Source: Candidatus Algichlamydia australiensis
Lineage (GTDB): Bacteria > Chlamydiota > Chlamydiia > Chlamydiales > JAJFMI01
NCBI GenBank assembly: GCA_033977065.1
Contig: JAXCHI010000002.1
Span: 32,001-96,000, forward strand
Reading direction: 5' to 3'
DNA: 64,000 nucleotides
Shown here: piece after piece, positions 10,916 to 20,188 of the stretch
Numbering within the stretch: position 1 is the first letter of the stretch
Layout of the letters: each line of letters starts with the position of its first letter
Translations under genes and position numbers: made by a program
The notes under the pieces: model-generated
Seen by the model: only the letters and a program-made list of their open reading frames with translations
The model's database searches: none
Told to the model about the DNA's origin: nothing

Positions 10916-12754
10916 ATGGATGTAAGTATCAATGAATTGCTCACACGTTTGCAGTCATGCGATGAATCTTGTCATATTGAAGCAAAGGAATCTCGCAGCG
11001 CATTAGGCAAAAGCGCAAGAGAAACAATTTCTGCGTTTTGCAACGAACCTGATTTAGGTGGGGGGTATTTAATTTTGGGATCAAAACGCATTGATCAACG
11101 CTATGTCATAACAGGCATACAAAATCCTGACAAAGTGCAATGTGAACTTGCAAATGCTTGTAGGCAAGAGTTTAGTGTTAGGCTTTCTCCTAAAATTCGA
11201 GTTGAACAGGTAAATGGGAAAACTCTTATTGTTGCCTACATCCCTGAAGCCTGTTCTCGTGAAAAGCCGGTCTATATTAAAAGTTTTGGATTAGAAAAAG
11301 GTTCTTTTAGGCGGATTGGTTCAGCAGATCATCGCTGCACTTCTCACGATTTAGACTTACTATTCCAACTGCGAAGCAATATACCTTATGAAAAAGAGCT
11401 ATTGCCGGATGGAACTTGGGAAGATATTGATTCCGATGCCATCTCAACCTATCGTAGGAAGCGAAAAGAGGTGGATCCAGAGGCAGCAGAGCTTGCTCTT
11501 GATGATCAAGAATTGCTCGCCTCTCTACGCTGTCTTGTTCGTGATGGGAGAGCTTATATACCGAACATTGCGGGCCTTTTGCTATTTGGGACCAAAAGGG
11601 CTCTGCGTCGCATGATGCCTTCCGAAGCGCGGGTAGATTATGTCATTACTGGAGGACCTGAATGGGTAGGAAATCCTTCAGCACGTCACTTTTCCATTGA
11701 CTATCGGGAATCGCTTATAACACTATTGCCCAAGTTACATGCAGAGATTATGGGAGATCTCCCAAAACTTTTTGGTTTAAAAACAGGTGAACTACAACGA
11801 ACAGACACACCAATCATTCCAGGGAATGTCATTCGAGAAGCACTGTCAAATGCTATGATGCATCGAGATTACCGAGTCGCACAACCTACCCTTGTCATTC
11901 GCTATTCGAATCGACTTGAATTGAAAAATGCGGGGTATTCTCTCAAACCTTTTGAAGAGCTAGGACAATCAGGTTCTAGGCAAAGAAATCCGATAATTGC
12001 TTCCGTTTTTCATGAGTTGAAATATGCTGAAAATAAAGGAACAGGCATTGCTTCCATAAAAACTTGGATGAAAGAGGCGGGATTAACAACCCCACCAATT
12101 ATTGAAACAAATCGTGAAAGTAACGAATTTGACCTTGTGCTTCTTCCCCACCATCTTGTTGATAAACAAGATCTTGAATGGTTAACACAATTTGCCAAAG
12201 TGAAATTATCAGATGCTGAAAGACGCGCACTGGTGTTAACGCGAGAGATGGGAGCGATTACAAATCAAGATTATCGCCAGATTAATGGGATGGATACACT
12301 TGGGGCGAGCAAAGCTCTTGTTCACCTGCGCGATTTAGAGCTTCTTACAATGAAAGGTTCGGGCAATCGTACCTACTATATACTCTCTAATTTAGGTCGA
12401 ACCCCTCATATAAGCGCTATAAATGAGGGGTTAACCCCTCATATAAGCGCTATAAATGAGGGGTTCAAAGCATTACCTGAGGGGTTCCCTCCACTAAGTA
12501 AAGAGTTGATAAATGAACTTAAGTCTTTAAAAACTCGTACATCTCCTGAAAAGGTTAGAAGGTTAATTAAAGCGCTCTGCTCAATACAAGCTCTACAGCT
12601 TGCTCACTTATCTAAAATTTTTGATCGAGCTCCTCGTTATTTAAGAGATAAATTTTTAACTAAGATGATCAAGGCAGGTGAATTATCCTATAAATATCCC
12701 GATCAACCCGCTCATCCCAAACAAGCATATATCACACAAAATGAAGGTGAATGA
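10916..12754 (+). CDS. AlbA_2/Schlafen-domain protein with RecG-C/HATPase-like domain and C-terminal winged HTH
   Basis: ESCHIEAKES, ETISAFCNE..GGGYLILG, REALSNAMMHRDY, RNPIIA..F, AENKGTGI, C-terminal KYPDQPAHPKQAY. Confidence 0.85.
   Translation: MDVSINELLTRLQSCDESCHIEAKESRSALGKSARETISAFCNEPDLGGGYLILGSKRIDQRYVITGIQNPDKVQCELANACRQEFSVRLSPKIRVEQVNGKTLIVAYIPEACSREKPVYIKSFGLEKGSFRRIGSADHRCTSHDLDLLFQLRSNIPYEKELLPDGTWEDIDSDAISTYRRKRKEVDPEAAELALDDQELLASLRCLVRDGRAYIPNIAGLLLFGTKRALRRMMPSEARVDYVITGGPEWVGNPSARHFSIDYRESLITLLPKLHAEIMGDLPKLFGLKTGELQRTDTPIIPGNVIREALSNAMMHRDYRVAQPTLVIRYSNRLELKNAGYSLKPFEELGQSGSRQRNPIIASVFHELKYAENKGTGIASIKTWMKEAGLTTPPIIETNRESNEFDLVLLPHHLVDKQDLEWLTQFAKVKLSDAERRALVLTREMGAITNQDYRQINGMDTLGASKALVHLRDLELLTMKGSGNRTYYILSNLGRTPHISAINEGLTPHISAINEGFKALPEGFPPLSKELINELKSLKTRTSPEKVRRLIKALCSIQALQLAHLSKIFDRAPRYLRDKFLTKMIKAGELSYKYPDQPAHPKQAYITQNEGE
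12400..12465. repeat. Perfect in-frame 2 x 33-bp tandem repeat, each unit a near-palindrome
   Basis: aacccctcatataagcgctataaatgaggggtt twice; encodes TPHISAINEG twice. Confidence 0.95.
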
Positions 12755-13011
12755 ATGAACTTTGTTCTTCCGGGTTCAGAATTACTTAAGGCAGCTCTTA
12801 TAGAGGAGATAGAAAAACCGCTCACCACTGAAGAGATCAAGGCTGTTGAAGTATTTAAGGAAACATCGCAAGCTTGTTCTCAAGCGTTGCATCAACAAGT
12901 GGGTGGAAAACCAATTACGCAAGCCGAAGTTATTGAAAAACTTGCATCTCACTTTGCCTCTAGAGGTTTTTCCGAAACACCCAATAATCAGTATTTAAGA
13001 GCTTGCTTGAG

Positions 13012-14420
13012 GATAAAGCAACACTTTGTCTGTAAAATTTGAAATCTGTTTCTCTTAAGGTGTTTTTTTACACCCTATTTTTGCCCGTTCAGCCATCTGC
13101 CTGCTCCCAGCTATCTAGGGGCTTCTCGCAGGCAGCTGACTTCTCTTGAGGCTTATTTTAGCCTAGATATTTCCTCCCACTTACCCATCCTTCATGGATT
13201 TCCACTACTACTGCTGTTGTCAATCTCAGTAGTGATTCTGTGTTCGGAAATACTCCTATTACTCTTGCTCTCCTTCGGAGTTCCCTATTTAATCTCTCCG
13301 ACAAATTGTTTGTTCTCAGCTTTTTTCTCTCTCTTTTTGGATGCTCATAGTGCGTCAGCCCTTCTTCAAAATTCTCCTCTAGCCAAACGCTAAATTCTGA
13401 CGCTCTCATTTCGTACTTCTTTACTACTCTTTGCAGGCGCTCTCTTGCTTCTTCTTTGCTTGCCGCTAGGTAGATATCTCTTACATCATCTGCTATTTCT
13501 CCTCTCATTTGATTCGATTTCGCGTAATGTTGCGCGTTTTGCGTTAAGTGAAATAGGCATCTTTGCCATTTCACGGATGGCAATACTGCCTCTCTTGCTT
13601 TTGAGAGTCCTGTGTGGGCGTCACTGATGATCAGTTCTACTCCGCATAAACCTCTCTTTAAGAGCTTTTCTAAAAAACTCCTCCAGTGTACTTCTGCTTC
13701 TGATAGGCTACAGGATATTCCCACTACCTCTCTGTAGCCCTCTTCATTCACTCCTATTGCTGTTAGTATTGCTACACTGCGGACGCATCCATCTACTCGT
13801 GCTTTTTCATATGTAGCATCCAGATAAAGGTACTTGATTTTACCAAGTGGTCGATCTCTAAATTTTTTTAGCTCTTCGTCTAGCAGAGCAGTTAGCCTCG
13901 AAACCTGGCTTGAGCTCACCTCATGATCGCATAGCTTATCTGTGATCTTTTTTACTTTTCTTGTTGATACTCCTTTGATATACATCTCTGCTATTGCCAA
14001 TTGGAGCGCTCTTTCTGAGCGCATTCCTTTCTCTAAACAACTTGGATAAAAAGGCTCATCTCGTGTCTTTGGGACTTGCAAATGCAGTTTTCCACACCGC
14101 ATTTGCAGCGTTTTATTCTTAAATCCGTTAGCATAGCCTTTACGTTGCTCACTCCTTTCATACGGAGCTGCTTGCAGAACTTGATTTCGCTCTATGAGCA
14201 TAAGCTCATTGAGTAGCTTTTCTAAAGTGGGTGTGAGACACTCTAGCCCGCTCATAGCAAGTTCGTGTAATATCTCTGCTACCAGAGGTGAAAGTGTTTG
14301 GTTTGAGATCATTTGATTTTCCTTTTGTTTGTTCAACTTAAGAGAATCTGATCTCAAACCTTTTTTTTCAACCCCGAGTTTCCTCGGAATTTGAATTTAC
14401 AGACCTAATGTTACACTACC
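13012..14420 (-). mobile_element. IS256-family insertion sequence, 1409 bp
   Basis: Imperfect TIRs (gataaagcaacactttgtctgtaaa vs reverse complement ggtagtgtaacattaggtctgtaaa); 8-bp target duplication tgcttgag at 13004-13011 and 14421-14428. Confidence 0.92.
13158..14312 (-). CDS. IS256-family (Mutator) DDE transposase
   Basis: EMYIKGVSTRKV, YLYLDA, LIISDAHTGL, WQRCLFH, RTNNLSERLNRELRRR motifs. Confidence 0.95.
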   Translation of the reverse strand: MISNQTLSPLVAEILHELAMSGLECLTPTLEKLLNELMLIERNQVLQAAPYERSEQRKGYANGFKNKTLQMRCGKLHLQVPKTRDEPFYPSCLEKGMRSERALQLAIAEMYIKGVSTRKVKKITDKLCDHEVSSSQVSRLTALLDEELKKFRDRPLGKIKYLYLDATYEKARVDGCVRSVAILTAIGVNEEGYREVVGISCSLSEAEVHWRSFLEKLLKRGLCGVELIISDAHTGLSKAREAVLPSVKWQRCLFHLTQNAQHYAKSNQMRGEIADDVRDIYLAASKEEARERLQRVVKKYEMRASEFSVWLEENFEEGLTHYEHPKRERKKLRTNNLSERLNRELRRRARVIGVFPNTESLLRLTTAVVVEIHEGWVSGRKYLG

Positions 14421-14505
14421 TGCTTGAGGCTGTTTCTATATCAAATTAAAGTAAAAATAGGACCAGAACAACGATTTATTCTGATTTCAAGAGTTATTTC
14501 TGCAT

Positions 14506-15396
14506 TCAGTCAGGTGTCTCAAAAGAGCTGTTGCTAGTGATTGCATTGCCAACATTTTTTTTGTCGGGAATAAAAGAAGAGATAGCAAGCCCTGTAGTGT
14601 AAGCAAAAAAGAGACTTACAAGGATTCGATCGATGTGCGGTATTTTGCTGCAGTTGAAAACAAAAAAATTAAAGAGGAAATGTGAAAGGATCGGGCAAGC
14701 TAAGCTATCATAAGTTTCATACTGGATAGACATTGCATTTGCAAAAAGGATGATGATAAGGCATTGCGGTAAGGCGGTTGTTCTCTTATCCGCTTTATGA
14801 TTAAGAATATGAGCAAATCCAAAAACTAGAGAAGTGGTTAAGCAACGAAATGAAGGCGAGAGTAAATAAGAATCTTTTCCATAGCCTTCAGGGATTTTTT
14901 CTTTGAGGCTTTCTTGGAGATAGTGCAGGCCCCTTTGGAAAGTAAAACGGAAAATAACTTCTTCTGCAATTGCTATCATAACATAAGTGCTTATGCTTTT
15001 TGGTAATAGGTTACAGATGGGGTAAATTAGCTCTTTCAATCCATCATTAATTCGTATAAAAGAGGTGGTAGAATAAATGAGTGGTTGAAAATTATTAATC
15101 CGTTTATCAAGGCTCGATCCAATAATGAATTTTTTCACTGGAAGCGAAAAAATTGAGCACATTGTTAGATATTTTATTGATGACAGAAAAGAATAGCCCC
15201 CTTTTGCGTAAAAGGAGGTCGATTTTGCTTCTACTCGTTCTTTTTCAAGTTGTTTATTGCTTAAGGTATGGAAGATCGAGTTCCCAAAAACCACGCTCTT
15301 TAGACGCTCTATAGATTTTTCTTGAGAAGAGGGAAAAAGTGCTTCTGAACAGTTTTTTGCAATCTTTTGTAATTTTATTGAGGGGATTTCTAACAT
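14506..15396 (-). CDS. CPBP/Abi (type II CAAX) intramembrane glutamic protease family protein
   Basis: EEVIFR, FGFAH and HFLFN motifs in hydrophobic segments. Confidence 0.8.
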   Translation of the reverse strand: MLEIPSIKLQKIAKNCSEALFPSSQEKSIERLKSVVFGNSIFHTLSNKQLEKERVEAKSTSFYAKGGYSFLSSIKYLTMCSIFSLPVKKFIIGSSLDKRINNFQPLIYSTTSFIRINDGLKELIYPICNLLPKSISTYVMIAIAEEVIFRFTFQRGLHYLQESLKEKIPEGYGKDSYLLSPSFRCLTTSLVFGFAHILNHKADKRTTALPQCLIIILFANAMSIQYETYDSLACPILSHFLFNFFVFNCSKIPHIDRILVSLFFAYTTGLAISSFIPDKKNVGNAITSNSSFETPD

Positions 15397-15449
15397 CTTG
15401 CAAAAATTATATCAGAAGAAATCTTTAATTAAAATTGGTATTAAAAAAT

Positions 15450-15842
15450 TTATGAATACGCTTCAATCAGAGCGGAAGCTTGGTTGGCAACGCTTGTATC
15501 TTCGTTTTGGGAGAGGGCGCTAGCAGCTTGTAGAGCTTGGTCGCGGTAGCCGAGAGAGAAGAGCGTTTTGACGCGGTTGAGCTGGGTGGGTACGTGATTG
15601 GGATCAAGCTCTAAGGCGCGTTCCAAAGTTTTGAGGGCGGCCATGTTGTCTCCCATTTGGAGGTAAAGGGCGCCGAGAGTCTGATGATCATAGGCGCTAT
15701 CGGGATGGAGGACGATGAGCGCTTCAAAAAAGGTAAGGGCAATTTTGTACTGTCCCTCCTTTATATAAGAGTAGCCGACGTAGCGTATGTCTTCTAAATT
15801 CTCCTCGTTCCAGCCGAGTAGTTCCATCCAATTGCGCGTCAC
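15450..15842 (-). CDS. TPR protein, SycD/LcrH-like type III chaperone (CT274-like)
   Basis: TPR pattern (GYSYIKEGQYKIALTFFEAL, QTLGALYLQMG); syntenic with dnaA and the dcw genes. Confidence 0.8.
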   Translation of the reverse strand: MTRNWMELLGWNEENLEDIRYVGYSYIKEGQYKIALTFFEALIVLHPDSAYDHQTLGALYLQMGDNMAALKTLERALELDPNHVPTQLNRVKTLFSLGYRDQALQAASALSQNEDTSVANQASALIEAYS

Positions 15843-15849
15843 AAAAATT

Positions 15850-16308
15850 TTATCCTTTTTTAAATTGGTTCATACTACCTGTGATATCACCTAAGACGGC
15901 TGTAAGGTTGCTTAAGGTGGAGAGGAAAGAGATGAGTTTCCCACTCTGCCTGTTCTCTGGCTCAGTTAGGTTTTGGAGCGATTCCAATTTTTCTTTATGA
16001 GAAGTCAACCGGTCACTATTTCCAAGCGAGGGAATAATGAAGTAACTGGTGAAGATTCCTCTCTGCCTAGTATAGCCTTTTGGGGGATAAAAATCAGGAA
16101 AGGGTTTATTGCGATTCGCAGATCCGGTCAAGACGCTCGATTGGGTCGGATAAGCGGGGGCGGTGACGTCAACTCTCGCTCGCCCTGCAATTTGAGGAGC
16201 TTCGCGTAGATTTACGCCTTCGCTCTCCATATCTTGTGCGCGTCGGGTGGAGGTTTCAACGGGCAGGTTATCAATTGTATTGTAATTGGTGAAATCTTCT
16301 GGAATCAT
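15850..16308 (-). CDS. Conserved chlamydial hypothetical protein (CT273-like)
   Basis: Position between the TPR gene and mraZ/rsmH; C-terminal QFKKG and IIPSLG resemble the chlamydial family. Confidence 0.6.
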   Translation of the reverse strand: MIPEDFTNYNTIDNLPVETSTRRAQDMESEGVNLREAPQIAGRARVDVTAPAYPTQSSVLTGSANRNKPFPDFYPPKGYTRQRGIFTSYFIIPSLGNSDRLTSHKEKLESLQNLTEPENRQSGKLISFLSTLSNLTAVLGDITGSMNQFKKG

Positions 16309-16369
16309 GTGTTTATACTTTTTTCTTTAGATATAAAGTATTTTCTTTAGATTCGGCAGAAAAAGTTTT

Positions 16370-16514
16370 CCCACTTTTTCCCACATATCTATCTTCTTTT
16401 AAATGAAGGGTTTGTAAAGTTTATAAACGGGTTTATGAACGCTTTTGTCGACAGTTTGTGGGAAAATCATTTGCAAAATTGGGGTTTGATCGCTACCATG
16501 TGGAATTAAGTGGG
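16370..16514. promoter_or_regulatory. Putative MraZ-binding GTGGR repeats
   Basis: cccac at 16370 and 16380 (minus-strand GTGGG, 10-bp period); gtggg 16458; gtgga 16500 and gtggg 16510 (10-bp period) directly before the mraZ ATG. Confidence 0.55.
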
Positions 16515-16520
16515 AATGAA

Positions 16521-17036
16521 ATGAATAATCAGCACTTTTTTAGTGGATCACATGAGTCTAAGCTCGACGAGAAGGGTCGCTTTGTTTTGCCGCAGGCAAT
16601 GCGTTACGGCTTGGTGGAAGAGGGCAAGCTAGAGTTTGTCATCGGTCTTGGCTTGGGCGGTTGTTTAGCGATCTATCGCAAAAGCGAAATCGCTTCTCTT
16701 GTTGAAAAGTTCCGTGCAAAGATGCACATTGCCAAGTTTCAGAAGTTTTTTACGATTTTCTTTTCTACGCTGCACCACACGACTTGCGATAAGGTTGGCC
16801 GTGTAGGTATTCCCCCGATTTTGAAAAAAGCGATCGGCTTTGATAAGGAGATCGTTGTCGCTGGAGTTCTCGATAAGATTGAGCTCTGGCCGAAAGAGAA
16901 ATATATGAGCGAGCTAGAAGATTTCCTAGGTGGTGAGAATCCACAGGAGCTCTTAAAAGATCTCTTGGATGAGTCGTTTGCTCAATTAAATGAGAAAGAA
17001 GATGCCCCGAAAGAAGAAGAACTCCTGCCCCTCTGA
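16521..17036 (+). CDS. mraZ: Division/cell-wall cluster transcriptional repressor MraZ
   Basis: Two DxKGR-type repeats (LDEKGRFVLP, CDKVGRVGIP), GVLDKIELW; first gene of the dcw operon. Confidence 0.92.
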   Translation: MNNQHFFSGSHESKLDEKGRFVLPQAMRYGLVEEGKLEFVIGLGLGGCLAIYRKSEIASLVEKFRAKMHIAKFQKFFTIFFSTLHHTTCDKVGRVGIPPILKKAIGFDKEIVVAGVLDKIELWPKEKYMSELEDFLGGENPQELLKDLLDESFAQLNEKEDAPKEEELLPL

Positions 17037-17942
17037 ACCTCATGTCTCAGTGTTAAGGCAAGAGTTTATTGATCTTTTTGCAGATCAAAAGATTGGGGTC
17101 TTCTTTGATGGGACACTAGGTGCAGGCGGTCATGCTGAGGCGCTTTTAGAAAATCATCCCGAGATCAAAACCTACATTGGCTGCGATCAGGACGATGAAG
17201 CGCTAAAAATTGCGATGGAGCGTTTAAAGCCGTTTGGAAAAAAAGTTGTGTTTATGAAGAGCAACTTTGCTGATATCGATGAGGTGCTAGGTGAGCTAAA
17301 CATCGATCAGGTCGACGGTTTTTTTTTGACCTAGGAGTCTCATCGATGCAGTTAGATGAAGGGGGGCGGGGGTTTAGCTTCCAAAAGGAAGGACCCCTCG
17401 ATATGCGTATGGATCAAACACTCAAGACAACAGCCGAGGAAGTAGTCAACCGCTACAACGAGAAAAAGCTTGGCGAAATTTTGCGAGATTATGGTGAAGA
17501 GCCTAAATGGCGTCTCTATGCCAAAGCAATTGTTGAGAGTCGTAAAAAGAAAAAGATCGCCTCGACTAAAGATCTTGCGGACATCATCTGCAATGCTGTG
17601 AATGGTGTGCGCAGACGTTTGCATCCTGCAACTTTAGTCTTTCAAGGGTTGCGTCTCTTCGTCAATAAAGAGCTTGAGTCTGCAGAAGAGGGTTTGAAAA
17701 AAGCGATGGAATTTATGGCACCAGGTGGGACGATGGGGGTAATTAGCTTCCACAGCTTAGAAGATCGCATTGTAAAAAATCTTTTTCGAGATGCGGCAAA
17801 ACCGCTTGATAAAATGAAAGGAGCGGTGGCGCCTTTTGAAAATTTAACTAAGAAACCGATTGTACCGACGCGATCAGAGATTCTTGCGAATCCGCGCTCG
17901 CGCAGCGCAAAACTCCGCGCACTGATGAAAAATGCTTTATAA
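16990..17942 (+). CDS. rsmH: 16S rRNA m4C1402 methyltransferase RsmH, split by a frameshift at T9 (17319-17327)
   Basis: HVSVL, DGTLGAGGHA in the 5' frame; DLGVSSMQLD, GPLDMRMD, ISFHSLEDRIVK, NPRSRSAKLR in the -1 frame; one extra T would fuse them. Confidence 0.9.
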
Positions 17943-18276
17943 GAAACTCTCTTTAATTCTGCTAGGTCTTTTCCTCCTCTCTGGGATGGTCGCCTCCTAT
18001 TTGATTAAGCAGAATGAAGTGACAGCAGCACGTGTAGAAATTCCTAAAATTTCTAAAGAGATCAAGCAGTTAAAAGAAGAGTTGCGTAGCATGCAGTATG
18101 AGGTAGACGTCTTAGAAAACCCAGAGCGTCTTCTTGAACTTGCCAGACAGAGTGAATATAGCCATTTGAAATTCCCGCAAGATTGTCATATCGTAAAAGC
18201 TAATGAAACGCCGTTGGAACCTGAAACAGCCACAGTCCCTGTCAAAAACCCACTCGTTGTCGGGTCAATACAGTAG
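17932..18276 (+). CDS. ftsL: Cell division protein FtsL-like
   Basis: Single TM helix plus leucine-zipper coiled coil, located between rsmH and ftsI. Confidence 0.75.
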   Translation: MLYKKLSLILLGLFLLSGMVASYLIKQNEVTAARVEIPKISKEIKQLKEELRSMQYEVDVLENPERLLELARQSEYSHLKFPQDCHIVKANETPLEPETATVPVKNPLVVGSIQ

Positions 18277-20188
18277 AGCTCGCCGCCTCATCATTGTTGC
18301 GCTCTGCTTAGCTTTTTTTTTCTCTCTTCTCATCATCCGTTTTTTTCAAATCCAAATTATTGAGGGAGAGAAGTGGTGCCGGATTGCCAAATCGCAGCAT
18401 CAGCTCAAAGTCACTATCCCTGCTAAACGCGGACGCTTCTTTGCGATGTCACGACAAAAAGGACATCCCAATGAGTGGATTCCTCTTGTTGTTGATGTGG
18501 AAAAGTTCCATTTTTATGTGGATCCTCTTGCCATTCCTCGAGGTTATTGTGAAGAGATTGCACGGCATGTGGCAGAGATGATGGAGTATGATCGCAAAGG
18601 AGAGGAGAGAATTATACGCGAGCTTACAAAACTCTCCCGCTCTCGAAAAATCGAAGGGTTTATTCCAATTGAGAAGAAGGAGCGAATTGCTAGCTGGTGG
18701 AAGGGGTTTGCAAAAGAGAATCGGTTGCCGCGTAATGCACTCTATTTTATCGAAGATCGTGAACGCTCCTATCCTTACGGCAAGTTAATGGGGCAAATCT
18801 TGCATACGGTCACGCGCGGCATTGATGAAAAACTCCCGACAGGAGGTTTAGAACTCTTTTTTGATCGGGATCTTAAAGGGAAAGATGGTTCAAGGCTTTT
18901 GCTGCGCTCTCCCCGCCATCCGATGGAGACAGGTGTTGTGTTCGAGGAGGCGCAAGATGGGAAAGATTTTTATCTCACGATCGATCCGACTATCCAAGCC
19001 ATAGCAGAAGATGAAGTGGAGAGGGCAGTCAAAAAGACGCGTGCAAAAGGTGGGTGGGCATTAATGATGGATCCGCATACTGGTGAGATCATGGCATATG
19101 CACAATACCCTTTCTTTTACCCTGCAAAATATAACGAATATTTTAATGATCAGGAGCAAATGGATGCGACCCGTATTCATGCTATTTCTGATTGCTATGA
19201 GCCAGGGTCCACTGTGAAAATGATCACTTCGGCTATCATTCTTTTTGCTAATGAGGAGATGAAGGCAAGAGGAAAAAAGCCGATTTTTGATCCTGATGAG
19301 ATGATCCCTTGCGATCGACGCTATTTTAAAGGAAGAAGTAAGCCTCTTAAAGATGTGCGTACGCACCGGTTTTTAAACTTCGACCTCGCAATTCAAAAAT
19401 CTTCTAATGTCTATTTGGGGCAAATAGTAGAGAAAATTATTGATCATTTGGGAGAAGAGTGGTTGCGCGAAAAAATGATCACCTGCTTTGGTTTAGGTCA
19501 AAAAAGTGGAATTGAACTGCCTTCAGAGTCACCAGGGTTTATTCCGAAACCGGGACGACTCTATCCCTCAGGACATCCTGAGTGGTCAGGTCCTACGCCC
19601 TACTCTCTCATGATGGGATATAATTTGATGACAAGTGGAGTCCAAATGGTGCGGGCGTTTGCGATGATTGCAAATGGAGGAAGGCTTGTGAATCCTACGC
19701 TCCTTAAAAAAGAGAAAACAGAGGAGCTTACCCCTAAAATCCCCCCTCATATTTTTGAAAAACTCCGCTATTCATTAAAATTCGTGACAAAACCTGGTGG
19801 TTCAAGTTCGCGCGCAGATATTCAAGGATACACCGAGTTAGGAAAGTCAAGTACAAGGGAAAAATTAAAAGGAGGCAAATATTCAAAGCGAATGCATATG
19901 GCTTCTTTTTTGGGATGTGCACCTGCAAACAATCCACGTTTTGTATTAATGGTTTGCATTGATGAGCCAGAGTATCGCCACATACCGGGCTATGGTTTTG
20001 TCCATTACGGAGGAAAGAGCGCAGCACCAGTATTTAAAAAAATTGGTCAGCGTACTCTGCAATATTTAGGTGTTGCACCTGACGATCCAACAGGATATCC
20101 TAAGGGCGATCCGCGCTCTGATTTTAATCGAGCAGACTGGATGAAAGAGACAAGAGAATTAAAAAAACTCTACGACAGCTACAACTAA
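18203..20188 (+). CDS. ftsI: Penicillin-binding protein 3 (FtsI)
   Basis: N-terminal TM, RGRF, YEPGSTVK (SxxK), KSSN (SxN), GKSST (KTG-like). Confidence 0.92.
   Translation: MKRRWNLKQPQSLSKTHSLSGQYSRARRLIIVALCLAFFFSLLIIRFFQIQIIEGEKWCRIAKSQHQLKVTIPAKRGRFFAMSRQKGHPNEWIPLVVDVEKFHFYVDPLAIPRGYCEEIARHVAEMMEYDRKGEERIIRELTKLSRSRKIEGFIPIEKKERIASWWKGFAKENRLPRNALYFIEDRERSYPYGKLMGQILHTVTRGIDEKLPTGGLELFFDRDLKGKDGSRLLLRSPRHPMETGVVFEEAQDGKDFYLTIDPTIQAIAEDEVERAVKKTRAKGGWALMMDPHTGEIMAYAQYPFFYPAKYNEYFNDQEQMDATRIHAISDCYEPGSTVKMITSAIILFANEEMKARGKKPIFDPDEMIPCDRRYFKGRSKPLKDVRTHRFLNFDLAIQKSSNVYLGQIVEKIIDHLGEEWLREKMITCFGLGQKSGIELPSESPGFIPKPGRLYPSGHPEWSGPTPYSLMMGYNLMTSGVQMVRAFAMIANGGRLVNPTLLKKEKTEELTPKIPPHIFEKLRYSLKFVTKPGGSSSRADIQGYTELGKSSTREKLKGGKYSKRMHMASFLGCAPANNPRFVLMVCIDEPEYRHIPGYGFVHYGGKSAAPVFKKIGQRTLQYLGVAPDDPTGYPKGDPRSDFNRADWMKETRELKKLYDSYN

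Larger units (their letters stand above)
12755..14537 (+). pseudogene. Small hypothetical gene (about 121 aa) interrupted by IS256
   Basis: Removing 13012-14420 and one TSD copy restores the frame ...YLRACLRLFLYQIKVKIGPEQRFILISRVISAFSQVSQKSCC to TAG at 14535-14537. Confidence 0.6.

Noticed and set aside
16321..16352. ttttctttagat direct repeat with 20-bp period
   Set aside because: Low-complexity AT-rich promoter sequence with only two copies
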